A DNA stretch of 64,000 nucleotides from Patescibacteria group bacterium (GCA_019752815.1 JAIELQ010000005.1:140816-204815), one strand, 5' to 3'; shown: positions 9,171 to 19,224, counted from the stretch's first letter. Translations and numbers: made by a program. Notes: a model not told the origin generated them from the letters alone.

Positions 9171-10858
9171 AATCAATTTTCACCACGGTTATAAAAATAT
9201 GCTGCGTCGTTGTTTTTGTGACGATTGGTTCTGTGGTGCAGGCAGAAATGATTACTAAATTTGAAGCTGACTATTCGGTATTGGACAGTGGGGAGGTGTC
9301 GGTAGTGGAAACAATCAATTATGATTTTGGCGCCAATGAGCGTCATGGAATTTTTCGTACCATTATTAATACCCATCCTCAGCCAGCTTCATCCTGGTAT
9401 AAAAACCGTACGATAGAATTGGAGGTCTTGGGTGTGACACGAGACGGTAAAGTCGAACCCTATACCGTAAACAACGGGAGCGGTGAGTCTGAAATAAAAA
9501 TTGGAGACCCTGACGCTACGTTAATGGGGTTGCAAACCTACGTCATTACGTACTCGTTACGTGGGGCACTGTCGTACGGTGAGGCCGGTGCGGAATTTTA
9601 TTACAATGTCACCGGGAATGATTGGGAAGTCCCCATTGCACTCGCCGTTGCGCGGGTGAGCGGAGAGTTGCTTATGGGTAGATACTATTGCTACCAGGGT
9701 GCTTCAGGAGCAACTGATACGTGTACCAACAGCATGAAAGATAATGGTATCGTCACGTTTACCGCGAACAATATTAACCCAGGTGAGCAATTCACAGTCG
9801 CGACTGAACTCGATGCAACTAAGGTGGCCTACGCATTACAAGAGGAAGTAACCTGGTTACTATTTGGGTATACACTTGCCGGTATGTGGTTGATAGGCCT
9901 TGCTAGCTACGTGTACCGTTTTCGGTATGCACACTACGTTCCTAAATCAGTGGTGGCCCAGTATGAGCCGTACCAAGATTTTTTACCAATGTACACCGGG
10001 TATTTGTTTGATAACATACTTGACCCCAAGGACATTACAGCCGGGATTTTGTATTTAGCGGAGCAAGGTTTTATAAAAATTACCCGCACCGAAAAGAAGG
10101 TGCTACTTATTTTTCCCACCACTGACTATGTTCTTACTTTGCAAAAACCACTTAGTGAAATACCGTCAAAGTTTTTAACAAAGGTTTCTGAATTGTTATT
10201 TGTCGACGGAGCAGCAGTTGGAACAGAAGTCCCTATCTCGACACTCGCCAATGAACGAGCTAAAAATGCTGAACGTATCATGTATCTTAAGCGTGATTTA
10301 GGTGAAGATTTAAAACTAAATGGTTTTCTCGAATCAACGTTCCCACTTCTGTCAGCTAAAATACCACCGGTCTTGATTGGATTGTTTGTAGTTTTTGGAG
10401 GATTTGTATTTGCACCAAATGGCATTATTTTGATTGTACTGATGTTTGCAGTCACTATTGTTCTCGGGTTGATACTGCTTATTCCGCGCAAAACTGCCAG
10501 TTGGTATGAAGCCCGAAATCATATTGAAGGGTTTAAACTATTTCTGTCAGTGACTGACAAGGAACGATTCGATTTTCACAATGCACCAGAGAAAAGTCCC
10601 GAGTTGTTTATGCAGTACTTGCCGTATGCGGTGGCGCTTGGTGTCGAGGAAAAATGGGCCAAGGTCTTCGAGGGTATTACCATTCCGCAACCTGATTGGT
10701 ATGAAGGCGGAAATATCGCCGCCTTTAGCACCGGAACCCTCACGAGTGACCTCGGCGCATTCTCAACCGCGTTGTCGACCAATTCAGGAGTGAGTGGAAG
10801 TTCAGGTGGGGGGAGTTCAGGAGGGGGTGGAGGGGGTGGAGGTGGCGGCAGCTGGTAG
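9167..10858 (+). CDS. DUF2207-like membrane protein with a C-terminal Gly/Ser-rich tail
   Basis: Signal peptide, N-terminal beta-rich ectodomain (FEADYSVLDSGEVSVVETINYDFGANERHGIFRTI), central TM helices, and C-terminal GGGSSGGGGGGGGGGSW. LemA + DUF2207 is a recurrent gene pair. Confidence 0.65.
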   Translation: MKSIFTTVIKICCVVVFVTIGSVVQAEMITKFEADYSVLDSGEVSVVETINYDFGANERHGIFRTIINTHPQPASSWYKNRTIELEVLGVTRDGKVEPYTVNNGSGESEIKIGDPDATLMGLQTYVITYSLRGALSYGEAGAEFYYNVTGNDWEVPIALAVARVSGELLMGRYYCYQGASGATDTCTNSMKDNGIVTFTANNINPGEQFTVATELDATKVAYALQEEVTWLLFGYTLAGMWLIGLASYVYRFRYAHYVPKSVVAQYEPYQDFLPMYTGYLFDNILDPKDITAGILYLAEQGFIKITRTEKKVLLIFPTTDYVLTLQKPLSEIPSKFLTKVSELLFVDGAAVGTEVPISTLANERAKNAERIMYLKRDLGEDLKLNGFLESTFPLLSAKIPPVLIGLFVVFGGFVFAPNGIILIVLMFAVTIVLGLILLIPRKTASWYEARNHIEGFKLFLSVTDKERFDFHNAPEKSPELFMQYLPYAVALGVEEKWAKVFEGITIPQPDWYEGGNIAAFSTGTLTSDLGAFSTALSTNSGVSGSSGGGSSGGGGGGGGGGSW

Positions 10859-11244
10859 ACGGACACGCAAAAATGGTCCACTTCGTTGTTGCTCTGCACA
10901 AAATGACACTCATCGTACAGATGTACGCCTCGCGCCATTTCGCTTGAGCGCCTAGAATTGAACTCATTTTTTCGCGTCCGTAAGTGCTATTTTTAATTTA
11001 TCTTCACAAAAAAATACCCAGGTCAGCAAAAGCAAACCTGGGCAGCAGCACTGCACATCACGTCTAAGTGAGGCATTAGGCGATTACGCTTCAGGCTTGG
11101 CTGCATCCTGATACGACGTCTTTATCACGCATCGTAAATATATATTTGTATTAACATTATGTCAATGTGGCAACATTTTAATCTAAAAATTCAACACCCA
11201 TAACATGATTCAAAAATTTGTAAAATGTTGTATAATACACGTCT

Positions 11245-12147
11245 ATGGCAACAACAATTTATACACAGCAGGGGAGTAATATCGCTAAAACATGGCTTTT
11301 GATGGGAACTTTTCTCATTATGGTTATTGCTATTTCCTATGGAGTAGCGTTTTATCTGGGGAATCCATCTATTCTCTACATTGGGGTCGCCTTTGCGCTC
11401 ATTATGAACGTGGGTAGTTACTGGTTCTCGGACAAGCTGGTCTTGAGTATGACCAACGCCAAGCCAGTAGCAAAACAAGATGCTCCGGAGCTCTATAACA
11501 TTGTTGAAAATCTCGCGATTACTGCTGGTCTGCCAATGCCAAAAGTCTATATCGTTAATGATCCAGCACCAAACGCCTTTGCTACTGGACGTAACCCCGA
11601 ACATGCGGTTGTCGCAGTGACAACCGGGCTTTTGGCGATACTTGATAGAAATGAACTAGAAGGAGTAGTCGCCCATGAAATGGCACACATTGGTAATCGC
11701 GATATGTTAGTGATGACCGTGGCTGTTGTGCTCGCAGGGTTTGTGGCAATTATTGCTGATTTCTTTTCTCGAGCACTGATGTTTGGTGGTGGTGACAGGG
11801 ATAACAAAGTGGGAATCCTGTTTTTGATTTTAGGAATTGTGGGAATTATTCTAGCTCCGATTGCTGCACAATTAATGCAGATGGCTATTTCTCGTCGTCG
11901 TGAATATTTGGCTGATGCGACTGGTGCGCTTTTGACTCGGTACCCAGAAGGACTGGCTTCAGCACTAGAGAAAATTTCTGGCTACGGTGGGCAAATGAAA
12001 TCAGCGAGTCATGCCACCGCCCACTTATTTATTGCCGACCCCTACGGCCCGCAAAAACGTTCAATTGGTCAAAAAATAGGCGGTTTGTTCCAAACCCACC
12101 CTCCAGCCGCTGATCGCATCCGAATGTTGCGCGAAATGGACGTTTAA
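11245..12147 (+). CDS. htpX: Zinc metalloprotease HtpX (peptidase M48)
   Basis: HEMAHIGNRD HEXXH motif, 4 TM segments, C-terminal ...FQTHPPAADRIRMLRE. Confidence 0.9.
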   Translation: MATTIYTQQGSNIAKTWLLMGTFLIMVIAISYGVAFYLGNPSILYIGVAFALIMNVGSYWFSDKLVLSMTNAKPVAKQDAPELYNIVENLAITAGLPMPKVYIVNDPAPNAFATGRNPEHAVVAVTTGLLAILDRNELEGVVAHEMAHIGNRDMLVMTVAVVLAGFVAIIADFFSRALMFGGGDRDNKVGILFLILGIVGIILAPIAAQLMQMAISRRREYLADATGALLTRYPEGLASALEKISGYGGQMKSASHATAHLFIADPYGPQKRSIGQKIGGLFQTHPPAADRIRMLREMDV

Positions 12148-12164
12148 TTCGTAAATTTAATTCT

Positions 12165-12614
12165 ATGCCTGAACTAAAATCGTTACTGATGTTGCTCGCG
12201 GTTACGGTGGTAGCAGCCGGCGCTACTTGGTATATCAAAGATCAGATCTATCACATGCATCATGTCACTGATAACGTAGCTACTACCTCCACCATCACCA
12301 TCATTGATTCAGAAGTTGAAACTCCAATCGAAGAATCTAGCATAGTCGTGCAACCCCCGGCAGAACCCGTAGTAAAACCTAATCCACCAGTAATGCCACC
12401 TCCGGAAAAGCCAGTGTTGGCCGGTGCCTGTGTAGTTGGCGGATGCAGTTCACAACTGTGTGGGGAAGCGAGTGAGATGGATGGCATGGTTACTACCTGC
12501 GAGTATCGAGAAGAATACGCCTGCTACCAAACTGCCAAATGTGAACGTCAAGCCACCGGCAAATGTGGCTGGACTGAAACCCCAGAGCTTCTACAATGTA
12601 TTAAAAATTCATAA
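12165..12614 (+). CDS. Secreted or membrane-anchored Pro- and Cys-rich hypothetical protein
   Basis: N-terminal TM/signal segment, Pro-rich linker (PPAEPVVKPNPPVMPPPEKP), C-terminal module with 8 Cys. Confidence 0.45.
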   Translation: MPELKSLLMLLAVTVVAAGATWYIKDQIYHMHHVTDNVATTSTITIIDSEVETPIEESSIVVQPPAEPVVKPNPPVMPPPEKPVLAGACVVGGCSSQLCGEASEMDGMVTTCEYREEYACYQTAKCERQATGKCGWTETPELLQCIKNS

Positions 12615-12623
12615 TTCAAAAAC

Positions 12624-13067
12624 ATGCAAATTACCAAATCACAATTCAAAAAACTGATACTTTTCCAAGCGGTACTACTTTTTGTGTATGTCATTGCGAG
12701 CTTCTTTACGCCAGCTTTGCTTCCTGCAGAACTACAGACATATCTTGATTCTGTTTATGAGCAGGATTTATCAATATACGAAATTATTACCGCCGTTTTG
12801 GCCTTACCGCTTCTAGTATGGATGTTGCAAAACTTGGTAGCCTTATATCAGTTCAGGTCATATGCCCCAAAACATTTGTTATATATAACTATGATTAGTG
12901 TTTTGCTGTACATCTCTATTCCAGGAGCAATTGTCTATACAGTAATTGATTCTTTCCTTAATGACCTACTCTTTTTACTAGCTGGGTTTACATTAGCGAT
13001 AGTATTTTATTCTAATATTGCTGACGAGTTTAAGAAGCCAGTCGAAAAGAACACCCCAACCGTGTAG
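12624..13067 (+). CDS. Hypothetical membrane protein (4 TM)
   Basis: Hydrophobic segments only. Confidence 0.4.
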   Translation: MQITKSQFKKLILFQAVLLFVYVIASFFTPALLPAELQTYLDSVYEQDLSIYEIITAVLALPLLVWMLQNLVALYQFRSYAPKHLLYITMISVLLYISIPGAIVYTVIDSFLNDLLFLLAGFTLAIVFYSNIADEFKKPVEKNTPTV

Positions 13068-14304
13068 CTTTTGTTCTATGAGTCACGTTTCTAAAACTAC
13101 AAAACAAACGTGCTTATATTGTGGTAATAATCCAATTTCACACCGCATGTCAAAAATAGACTCGGTGCTGTTTTTGACACTTGATCCGATCGGGCAGTGG
13201 TTCCTTCGTACGTGGTTTGGGCGCGGTATTCTCTGGGGTGTAGACCGATTATTCGCTTTGTTTCTCTGGCTCGGTACAAAATTTGGGTTCATGTATTTTG
13301 CACCAGTGCCCGACACGATTGATTCCGATAGAGGTAAGGTATTAATGGACGAAGCCAAAGCCCGCGGCTACAAAACCGAAGTTCTCATCGTGTTCGGAAA
13401 AATACACGATACGTATCGCGTCACCTTTGCAATTGGCAAAGCAATCATCTTTGAAGGGGTGCCGCGATTATCGAGGTTAAATGCCATGACCTCAGCCTGG
13501 CTTGATGATAAGGCAAAAATGAAACAATGTTTACTCGCGCACAATGTCCCAGCACCAAAAGGCGCTGCGGTATCATCATGGCGTGCCGCCAAAAAACTTT
13601 TTGATACGTTACAAAAACCAGTCATCATCAAACCCCGTTTTGGTTCTCGCGGACGACATACAACTACTCACATCAACAATCTAACTGATTTTAAAATTGC
13701 GTACGAACGAGCCAAACAATTATGTGTACAGGTTATAGTCGAGGAACATTATGTCGGCAGTGTCTATCGTGCCACGTGCGTGGATGGTAAATTGGGTGGT
13801 GTGCTCGCCGGTGACCCACCGCGTATTACTGGCGATGGAATTGCTACCATTGTGCAATTAATTGAACGGAAAAATGATACGAGACCAGCGCGGGTTGGAT
13901 TGGTACGTATTACCGAAAAACACCTGGATTTTTTGCGCGCCCAGGGTTATACCTTCGAGACAGTTTTGCCTGCTGGTCTGACTATTGATATTAGTGAAAA
14001 AATTGGTCTTAGTTACGGTGGATGCAGTCGTGAGGTGACAGATGTGACCCATCCAAAATTAGTGAGTGAACTCGAGCGAGCCGCAGTAGCCACCGGGGAC
14101 CCGTTAGTAGGGTTTGATTTTATTACCACGAGTGTTGAGGCCGACCCGGATACCGTCAGGTGGGGAATTATCGAATGTAACTCAGTACCATTTATCAATT
14201 TACATCACGACCCATTAATTGGTACTCCAGTAAACGTAGCCGCCAGGGTGTGGGATTGGGTAGAGGAGGGTAGTAAAATATCTTCATTTAAAAAAATAAT
14301 ATAA
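13018..14304 (+). CDS. ATP-grasp protein resembling the N-terminal domain of cyanophycin synthetase. The true start is probably downstream of the ORF start, near 13081-13150.
   Basis: [15 protein letters not shown]...[25 protein letters not shown]...[20 protein letters not shown]...[15 protein letters not shown]...GFDFIT...IIECNSVP matches the CphA-type ATP-grasp pattern. Confidence 0.55.
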   Translation: MLTSLRSQSKRTPQPCSFCSMSHVSKTTKQTCLYCGNNPISHRMSKIDSVLFLTLDPIGQWFLRTWFGRGILWGVDRLFALFLWLGTKFGFMYFAPVPDTIDSDRGKVLMDEAKARGYKTEVLIVFGKIHDTYRVTFAIGKAIIFEGVPRLSRLNAMTSAWLDDKAKMKQCLLAHNVPAPKGAAVSSWRAAKKLFDTLQKPVIIKPRFGSRGRHTTTHINNLTDFKIAYERAKQLCVQVIVEEHYVGSVYRATCVDGKLGGVLAGDPPRITGDGIATIVQLIERKNDTRPARVGLVRITEKHLDFLRAQGYTFETVLPAGLTIDISEKIGLSYGGCSREVTDVTHPKLVSELERAAVATGDPLVGFDFITTSVEADPDTVRWGIIECNSVPFINLHHDPLIGTPVNVAARVWDWVEEGSKISSFKKII

Positions 14305-14308
14305 CTCG

Positions 14309-14797
14309 ATGAACAAAAAAATTGTTTTAGCCGGAGGGTGCTTTTGGGGGTTAGAAGACCTTCTCCGTGACCAAAAGGGAGCTGTTACAACAGAAGTAGG
14401 GTATACCGGCGGTACCAACGAAAACCCAACCTACCAATTCCATCCCGGTCACGCAGAAGCCGTTGAGATTACCTACGACCCAGAGCAAATAACATATAAA
14501 CAATTGCTCGATTTCTTTTTTCAAATTCATAATCCGACAACTCTAAATCAACAGGGTAATGACCGTGGCACCTCCTACCGGTCGGCTATTTTCTATGGAA
14601 ATGAAGAAGAGAAAGCAATAGCCACTGAAATGATAGCGATTGTAAACGCATCAAAACGTTGGTCAGATCCTGTTGTAACTACATTGGAACCTCTCACAAC
14701 ATTTTGGGTAGCAGAAGGATATCACCAGGACTATTTACTAAAAAATCCGGGTGGTTACACCTGTCACGCTATTTATTTTTCTAGCTACCTGGACTAA
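14309..14797 (+). CDS. msrA: Peptide methionine sulfoxide reductase MsrA
   Basis: Active-site motif GCFWG in [13 protein letters not shown]. Confidence 0.9.
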   Translation: MNKKIVLAGGCFWGLEDLLRDQKGAVTTEVGYTGGTNENPTYQFHPGHAEAVEITYDPEQITYKQLLDFFFQIHNPTTLNQQGNDRGTSYRSAIFYGNEEEKAIATEMIAIVNASKRWSDPVVTTLEPLTTFWVAEGYHQDYLLKNPGGYTCHAIYFSSYLD

Positions 14798-14833
14798 TTT
14801 AGGCCTTATTCGTGACTGCTGTATACTTAGTCT

Positions 14834-15484
14834 ATGAAAGCATTAGTTTTAGTTTTGATCGTGGTGGTGGTTGTGAGTGCGTATTTTTATTATGATTTTT
14901 CGCCGGCTGATACACCAACTGAAGTACCGGTAGTCGAGATTGAAGAAATTTCTAAAACTCCACTTCCTCCGACAACTGCTCCGGCCCAAATCGCTGTGTT
15001 TGAAAACAGTGATTATAACTTCACCTTTAACTACCGCATCAAGCCCTATGGCTACTCAATGTTTGAAAATACGCTCGATCAGAATATTGACATGGGTACG
15101 CTATTTGGCGTGACGCTAATGCGTTCCGATGACTACAATGCGGTGGTTAAAGCCGCAGCCGAAGGTAACGCCATGGACGGACCACCATCAATGTCAGTGT
15201 ATGTGTATAGCGCCTCTAAAATTACTGATCTAGAAGCCTGGTTGATTGATAACAAAATGATCACCAATTGTATGGATGGGGAAGTGACAAATACGATGCT
15301 GGCTGGCAACGACGCCAAAAGTTGTTTGTGGGATGGATTGTATCCCGGTGTAACCGTGGCGCAAATTAGTGACAATAAAATCTATCTCCTAGTAGGTACC
15401 AGAGAATCAATGGAGACCGAAGGTGGCTTCTCATATGAAAAAGATTTTAATGAGCTGGTGACAACGTTTACCATTACTCCGTAG
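14834..15484 (+). CDS. Membrane-anchored hypothetical protein
   Basis: N-terminal TM helix (LVLVLIVVVVVSAYFYY) followed by a soluble domain. Confidence 0.45.
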   Translation: MKALVLVLIVVVVVSAYFYYDFSPADTPTEVPVVEIEEISKTPLPPTTAPAQIAVFENSDYNFTFNYRIKPYGYSMFENTLDQNIDMGTLFGVTLMRSDDYNAVVKAAAEGNAMDGPPSMSVYVYSASKITDLEAWLIDNKMITNCMDGEVTNTMLAGNDAKSCLWDGLYPGVTVAQISDNKIYLLVGTRESMETEGGFSYEKDFNELVTTFTITP

Positions 15485-16370
15485 TAAGTAGTCCTTCAGC
15501 AGTTAAGTAATTAATAATCCCATTGGCAATACCCTCAGCAATGAGGGCTGGTTGGGTGGTCATGAGTGTGCGGTCACTGGCATTGGTGAGAAAACCCATT
15601 TCAACAATGGCTGATGGGGTCTGCGGGTGAACCGCGTGATCATAGCGTCTCCAGTTAAACGCATAGTACCCACTCATTCTCCGAGTGAAGGCCTCATCTC
15701 GTTTAAGGCCGGTTGCTTGTTCATAGGTGGGGTACATGGCATCTACTAGTCGTTGTGCTTTTCCAGAATAATCTGTGCGTGGTGGGGCAATTTTAAAACC
15801 AGAGATTGAAGTGTCAGTGTTGCCATCAGCATGAATGGAGATAAACGCGTCTGCTAAATAATCAATGGGTACGGTCACCGGCAATAGGGTAACTTCAATC
15901 CCGGCATTAGTGAGCAATTTAACTACTTCCTCGGCGACCGCCAGGTTCACTTCTGTTTCAGTGTAGCCTCCAGCGGTGGCACCACTACTGCCTGTTAATC
16001 CCGATAATTCATTGGGCAAATTTTCACGTTGCCAGTGACCTGCCTGAATACCGACTCGTGGGGGACCAGCCGGTCGAGTTGTTGGGCCGTACACGGCGTA
16101 CTCTTCAGCATTCATTGGTTCCCAGTACGCTGCCCAACGAGTACGCCCATCAGGATTTGTTGGTTCGGGAATCGGAGGTAGGTAGGTGACTGATGTTGAG
16201 GCTTCTGGGTAATCAGTCGGTTCAGTGATAACTGAACGGGTAGTGTCCGCATCATCTATAAATTCCATTTCGTCATTGTGTGAATCACGAAATGAAAATT
16301 GCCCGGCAGCATTCAGCCACCAAATTCCGATACCAACGATTACGAGTGCACCAAATACAAAATATTTCAT
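15474..16370 (-). CDS. N-acetylmuramoyl-L-alanine amidase (Amidase_3 family)
   Basis: N-terminal TM, GIQAGHWQ..., ...FISIHADGN..., ...IVEMGFLTNASD motifs. Confidence 0.7.
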   Translation of the reverse strand: MKYFVFGALVIVGIGIWWLNAAGQFSFRDSHNDEMEFIDDADTTRSVITEPTDYPEASTSVTYLPPIPEPTNPDGRTRWAAYWEPMNAEEYAVYGPTTRPAGPPRVGIQAGHWQRENLPNELSGLTGSSGATAGGYTETEVNLAVAEEVVKLLTNAGIEVTLLPVTVPIDYLADAFISIHADGNTDTSISGFKIAPPRTDYSGKAQRLVDAMYPTYEQATGLKRDEAFTRRMSGYYAFNWRRYDHAVHPQTPSAIVEMGFLTNASDRTLMTTQPALIAEGIANGIINYLTAEGLLTTE

Positions 16371-16405
16371 ACGGTATGCGCATTATACAGGATTTGTGTA
16401 TGGCT

Positions 16406-16527
16406 GCGGAGAGAGGGGATTCGAATTTTACAAATTCAGTACAGGTTATCGCTATTTTTCCAAAATAGCTGGTAACCTTTTCGAATCCCTACGTAAGTGA
16501 CGTCGAGTCACTTACTCTCCCTCCGCG
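16406..16527 (-). other. tRNA-like fragment or pseudo-tRNA. Its 3' 20 nt nearly duplicate the 3' end of the adjacent tRNA-Ser.
   Basis: GCGGAGAGAGGGGATTCGAA (16406-16425) matches the tRNA-Ser 3' end at 16567-16587 with a single-G difference. An acceptor-like pairing is possible, but the interior is a perfect 9-bp hairpin (GTAAGTGAC-TCGAC-GTCACTTAC) rather than D/anticodon arms. ATTCGAA occurs twice, flanking a roughly 55-nt insert. Confidence 0.4.
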
Positions 16528-16530
16528 AAC

Positions 16531-16559
16531 AAAAAAGGCGCCAAGAGGCGCTCTGTTTT
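16531..16559. terminator. Short terminator hairpin between tRNA-Ser and the tRNA-like fragment
   Basis: AAAAAAG-GCGCC-AAGA-GGCGC-TCTGTTTTG. Confidence 0.45.
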
Positions 16560-16566
16560 GTATTCG

Positions 16567-16653
16567 CGGAGAGAGGGGGATTCGAACCCCCGAGGAGCTT
16601 TCACCCCTGCTACCTTTCCAAGGTAGTACATTCAACCACTCTGCCATCTCTCC
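16567..16653 (-). tRNA. tRNA-Ser (anticodon GGA), class II with a long variable arm; no encoded CCA
   Basis: Minus-strand GGAGAGATGGCAGAGTGGTTGAATG...CTACC-TTGGAAA-GGTAG (anticodon loop, GGA)...long variable arm...GGGGGTTCGAATCCCCCTCTCTCCG. Confidence 0.85.
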
Positions 16654-16744
16654 TGATGGTGCTTGTGGAAAGCGTTGCTATCATAACGTAAATGGACCGG
16701 GGCGGGAAGTGATGCTATGCTTGTAGGTACTAAATAAACATTTT

Positions 16745-17296
16745 ATGAGTGGTCACGGACACGCGAAAAAAGAATATAAAGCATCAACCCAAGACTGGGG
16801 GATAATGATCATTACCTTTGTTGTTGGGGTAGTGGCGGGGTTTTATCTCTATGCCACAGCGTTTGCGCCACAATTTGATGAGCTACTAGGGCAAACGGAA
16901 GAAGTATATGAAGACTTTGTGCTCGAGGGTACACAGTACGGAGGAGATCGGATGGGTGGTACCGCACCGTCGTTCCAGGTACTCGAAAATGGCTCATATC
17001 GCTATCTGCCATACGCTGCCGAGGGTGAAATTGCTGAAGCACGAGAGGGGCTGATTCCGCGGGCACTCTTGAATGAAGTACAGCAAACACTGACGGTGGA
17101 AGCGCTTGAAATCTCCTCACAAATTGTCACTCGGGGTGATTGTATGTCCTATGTTGACGGGCGAGACTACAGCTATGAGGTTACGCTCGATGGCGTGGAA
17201 TACACCCTTGATACCTGTACCACAGCGTTAAGTAGCGGCAGTATCATAAACACTACTCTAGACAAACTGTGGAACTATTTTGAAACTTTAGAATAA
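16745..17296 (+). CDS. Membrane-anchored hypothetical protein
   Basis: N-terminal TM (WGIMIITFVVGVVAGFYLY). Confidence 0.45.
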   Translation: MSGHGHAKKEYKASTQDWGIMIITFVVGVVAGFYLYATAFAPQFDELLGQTEEVYEDFVLEGTQYGGDRMGGTAPSFQVLENGSYRYLPYAAEGEIAEAREGLIPRALLNEVQQTLTVEALEISSQIVTRGDCMSYVDGRDYSYEVTLDGVEYTLDTCTTALSSGSIINTTLDKLWNYFETLE

Positions 17297-17325
17297 ACGA
17301 AATAAGTTACTAGAGGCGACGTATT

Positions 17326-17373
17326 AATAAAGGCAAGAAAGACACAATGTCGCTCTTGCCTTTATTATTCTTT
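17326..17373 (+). terminator. Rho-independent terminator
   Basis: 13-bp stem AATAAAGGCAAGA...TCTTGCCTTTATT followed by T-rich sequence. Confidence 0.6.
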
Positions 17374-17440
17374 AAATTTGAAATACAGCTATGTCCTATG
17401 CATTACTGACCTTTGCAAATTCTAACTTTGAAATAACTGT

Positions 17441-18109
17441 ATGAATTCAAAATCATTGCTGATTGCTATTGCTGCTTTGGCCCTTACTGCAACGGGCGCG
17501 CAAGCATTTAGTAGTAGCGCACTCATTACGGCCGGCTTAAGTGAAGAACAGCAAGCGGCGTTTGAGGTAGCGCGCGAACTTCGCCAGGAGGGAGATTTAA
17601 CGGCCGCTCGAGATGTATTAGTTGAAGCGGGAATTGATGCTGAGACCTTAGAAAAGGTACGCAGTGCGATGCGTGATGAGCGCGATGCACATAAAGCAGC
17701 TATTAAATCAGCGCTTGATGCGAACGACTTTGACGCCTTTACTAAAGTAATTGCAGGTACACCACTGTCTGATGTGATCACAACCGAGGAAGATTTTCAA
17801 AGTTTTAAACAAGCCCACGCACTACGTGACTCAGGTGACAAGGCTGGTGCCAAAGAAATTTTTGCTGAACTCGGACTTCCTTCAGGTAAGGATAAGGAGG
17901 GATTACATCCGGGACATGGCACGCACGGGCGCCATGGTGAGCCACTGTTTCTTGATGAGTTAACGGAAATACAGAAAGCGGCGTTTGCGGTCGCGCGGCA
18001 AGCCAATGATCGTGATGCTATGGAGGCAATATTGGATGAAGCCGGCATTGTAAAACCAACCAAAGGTGATAGTCCAAAATTTCTAAAAGATGGTCGGGAG
18101 TTAGATTAA
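17441..18109 (+). CDS. Secreted hypothetical protein with an internal repeat
   Basis: Signal peptide (LLIAIAALALTATGAQA). Repeat EEQQAAFEVARELRQEGDLTAARDVLVEAGID versus TEIQKAAFAVARQANDRDAMEAILDEAGIV. Confidence 0.5.
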   Translation: MNSKSLLIAIAALALTATGAQAFSSSALITAGLSEEQQAAFEVARELRQEGDLTAARDVLVEAGIDAETLEKVRSAMRDERDAHKAAIKSALDANDFDAFTKVIAGTPLSDVITTEEDFQSFKQAHALRDSGDKAGAKEIFAELGLPSGKDKEGLHPGHGTHGRHGEPLFLDELTEIQKAAFAVARQANDRDAMEAILDEAGIVKPTKGDSPKFLKDGRELD

Positions 18110-18143
18110 ATAAACTACCCACCAAAACCAAAATTGAGATCCA

Positions 18144-18178
18144 AAACGTGTCCTTGTTAAGTCAGGGCACGTTTTTGG
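18144..18178 (+). terminator. Rho-independent terminator
   Basis: ACGTGTCCT-TGTTAAGTC-AGGGCACGT followed by TTTTTGG. Confidence 0.5.
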
Positions 18179-18202
18179 TTAATTTGGTACAATAGAACTA
18201 AC

Positions 18203-18865
18203 ATGAAGACGGTTTATTATTTTGCGCTTGTGCTCCCAGTCATATTCGGTGCATCTGTAGCTTCTGCATTTGATGCGGTGCTGGAAACTGTCCCAACACA
18301 GTACGAGGTGATCACTATTCAAAATCCAGAAACAGAACAATTGATTCTGGGTGAATTACAAGATTTTCCAGAAATGTTTGAAATTGTTTCCGAAAATCCT
18401 TTTATCCTCAGTATGGAAATACGGGGGGTGCCTGACAATAGTCTTGATACAGCACCACAATTAAACGGTATTATTATTAAACAAAAAGAAGTCCGTGGGG
18501 TAGAAGAAATTGCTCGCTTGAACGCGATAGATAGTACCTGGGCACTCGTCACCGATAAGGTAACTGGTTTGCGGTATCAGGCCGGAACATTTTTTAGTGA
18601 AGAGGTAGAAGCTGGAACGTATCGCATTGAAATTAGTAGTCCGAATAATCAAGGTAAGTACATGCTCCTTGTAGGTACCAACACCGATGATAATGGATAT
18701 TTTGCATCACTGGCTGATACAAAATTGGTGTATCAATTTTATGGACTCAGTACACTCCGAATGTTTAGTTCGCCGTATGTTCACTATCCATTAGGGATAC
18801 TCGTTCTCATTGGATTAATCGGTGGTACCTGGTACTGGCAACGTAATCAAAAACTCCATGCTTAA
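18203..18865 (+). CDS. Secreted hypothetical protein with a C-terminal TM anchor
   Basis: Signal peptide, and a C-terminal hydrophobic segment [16 protein letters not shown]. Confidence 0.5.
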   Translation: MKTVYYFALVLPVIFGASVASAFDAVLETVPTQYEVITIQNPETEQLILGELQDFPEMFEIVSENPFILSMEIRGVPDNSLDTAPQLNGIIIKQKEVRGVEEIARLNAIDSTWALVTDKVTGLRYQAGTFFSEEVEAGTYRIEISSPNNQGKYMLLVGTNTDDNGYFASLADTKLVYQFYGLSTLRMFSSPYVHYPLGILVLIGLIGGTWYWQRNQKLHA

Positions 18866-18963
18866 ACTACTGGTTGTTATCATGGCGGCGTGTATTTTTG
18901 CCTGGTTTGTCTATCCGCAGTTTGCTAACGGACAATCATTACTTGATGGCCTCAGATATTGGT

Positions 18964-19224
18964 ATGGCAGCTAGATGGTATGTCTATATCTTGCGTTGTT
19001 CTGATAATTCGTTATATACCGGAGTGACAACTGATGTTGAACGTAGGGTAAGGGAGCATAACGGGGAGGGGGTAAAGGGCAAAGGAGCAAAATACACCAA
19101 AGCTCATCGCCCGGTGAAGTTGGTATATCAAGAAATAGTCACTAGTCGTAGCGAAGCCCAAATCCGAGAAGCGCAGTTGCGGAAGCTTTCAAAAATAGAA
19201 AAGGAGAAATTGTTAAATACATAA
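18964..19224 (+). CDS. GIY-YIG domain protein (UPF0213-like). The ORF extends upstream to 18874; the Met at 18946 or 18964 is the likely start.
   Basis: [29 protein letters not shown]...GAKYTK. Confidence 0.7.
   Translation: MAARWYVYILRCSDNSLYTGVTTDVERRVREHNGEGVKGKGAKYTKAHRPVKLVYQEIVTSRSEAQIREAQLRKLSKIEKEKLLNT

Noticed and set aside
10576-10938. 120-aa minus-strand ORF with a poly-Pro run (PPPPPPPPPPELPPPELP)
   Set aside because: Mirror image of the Gly/Ser-rich tail of the DUF2207 gene; an antisense artefact.
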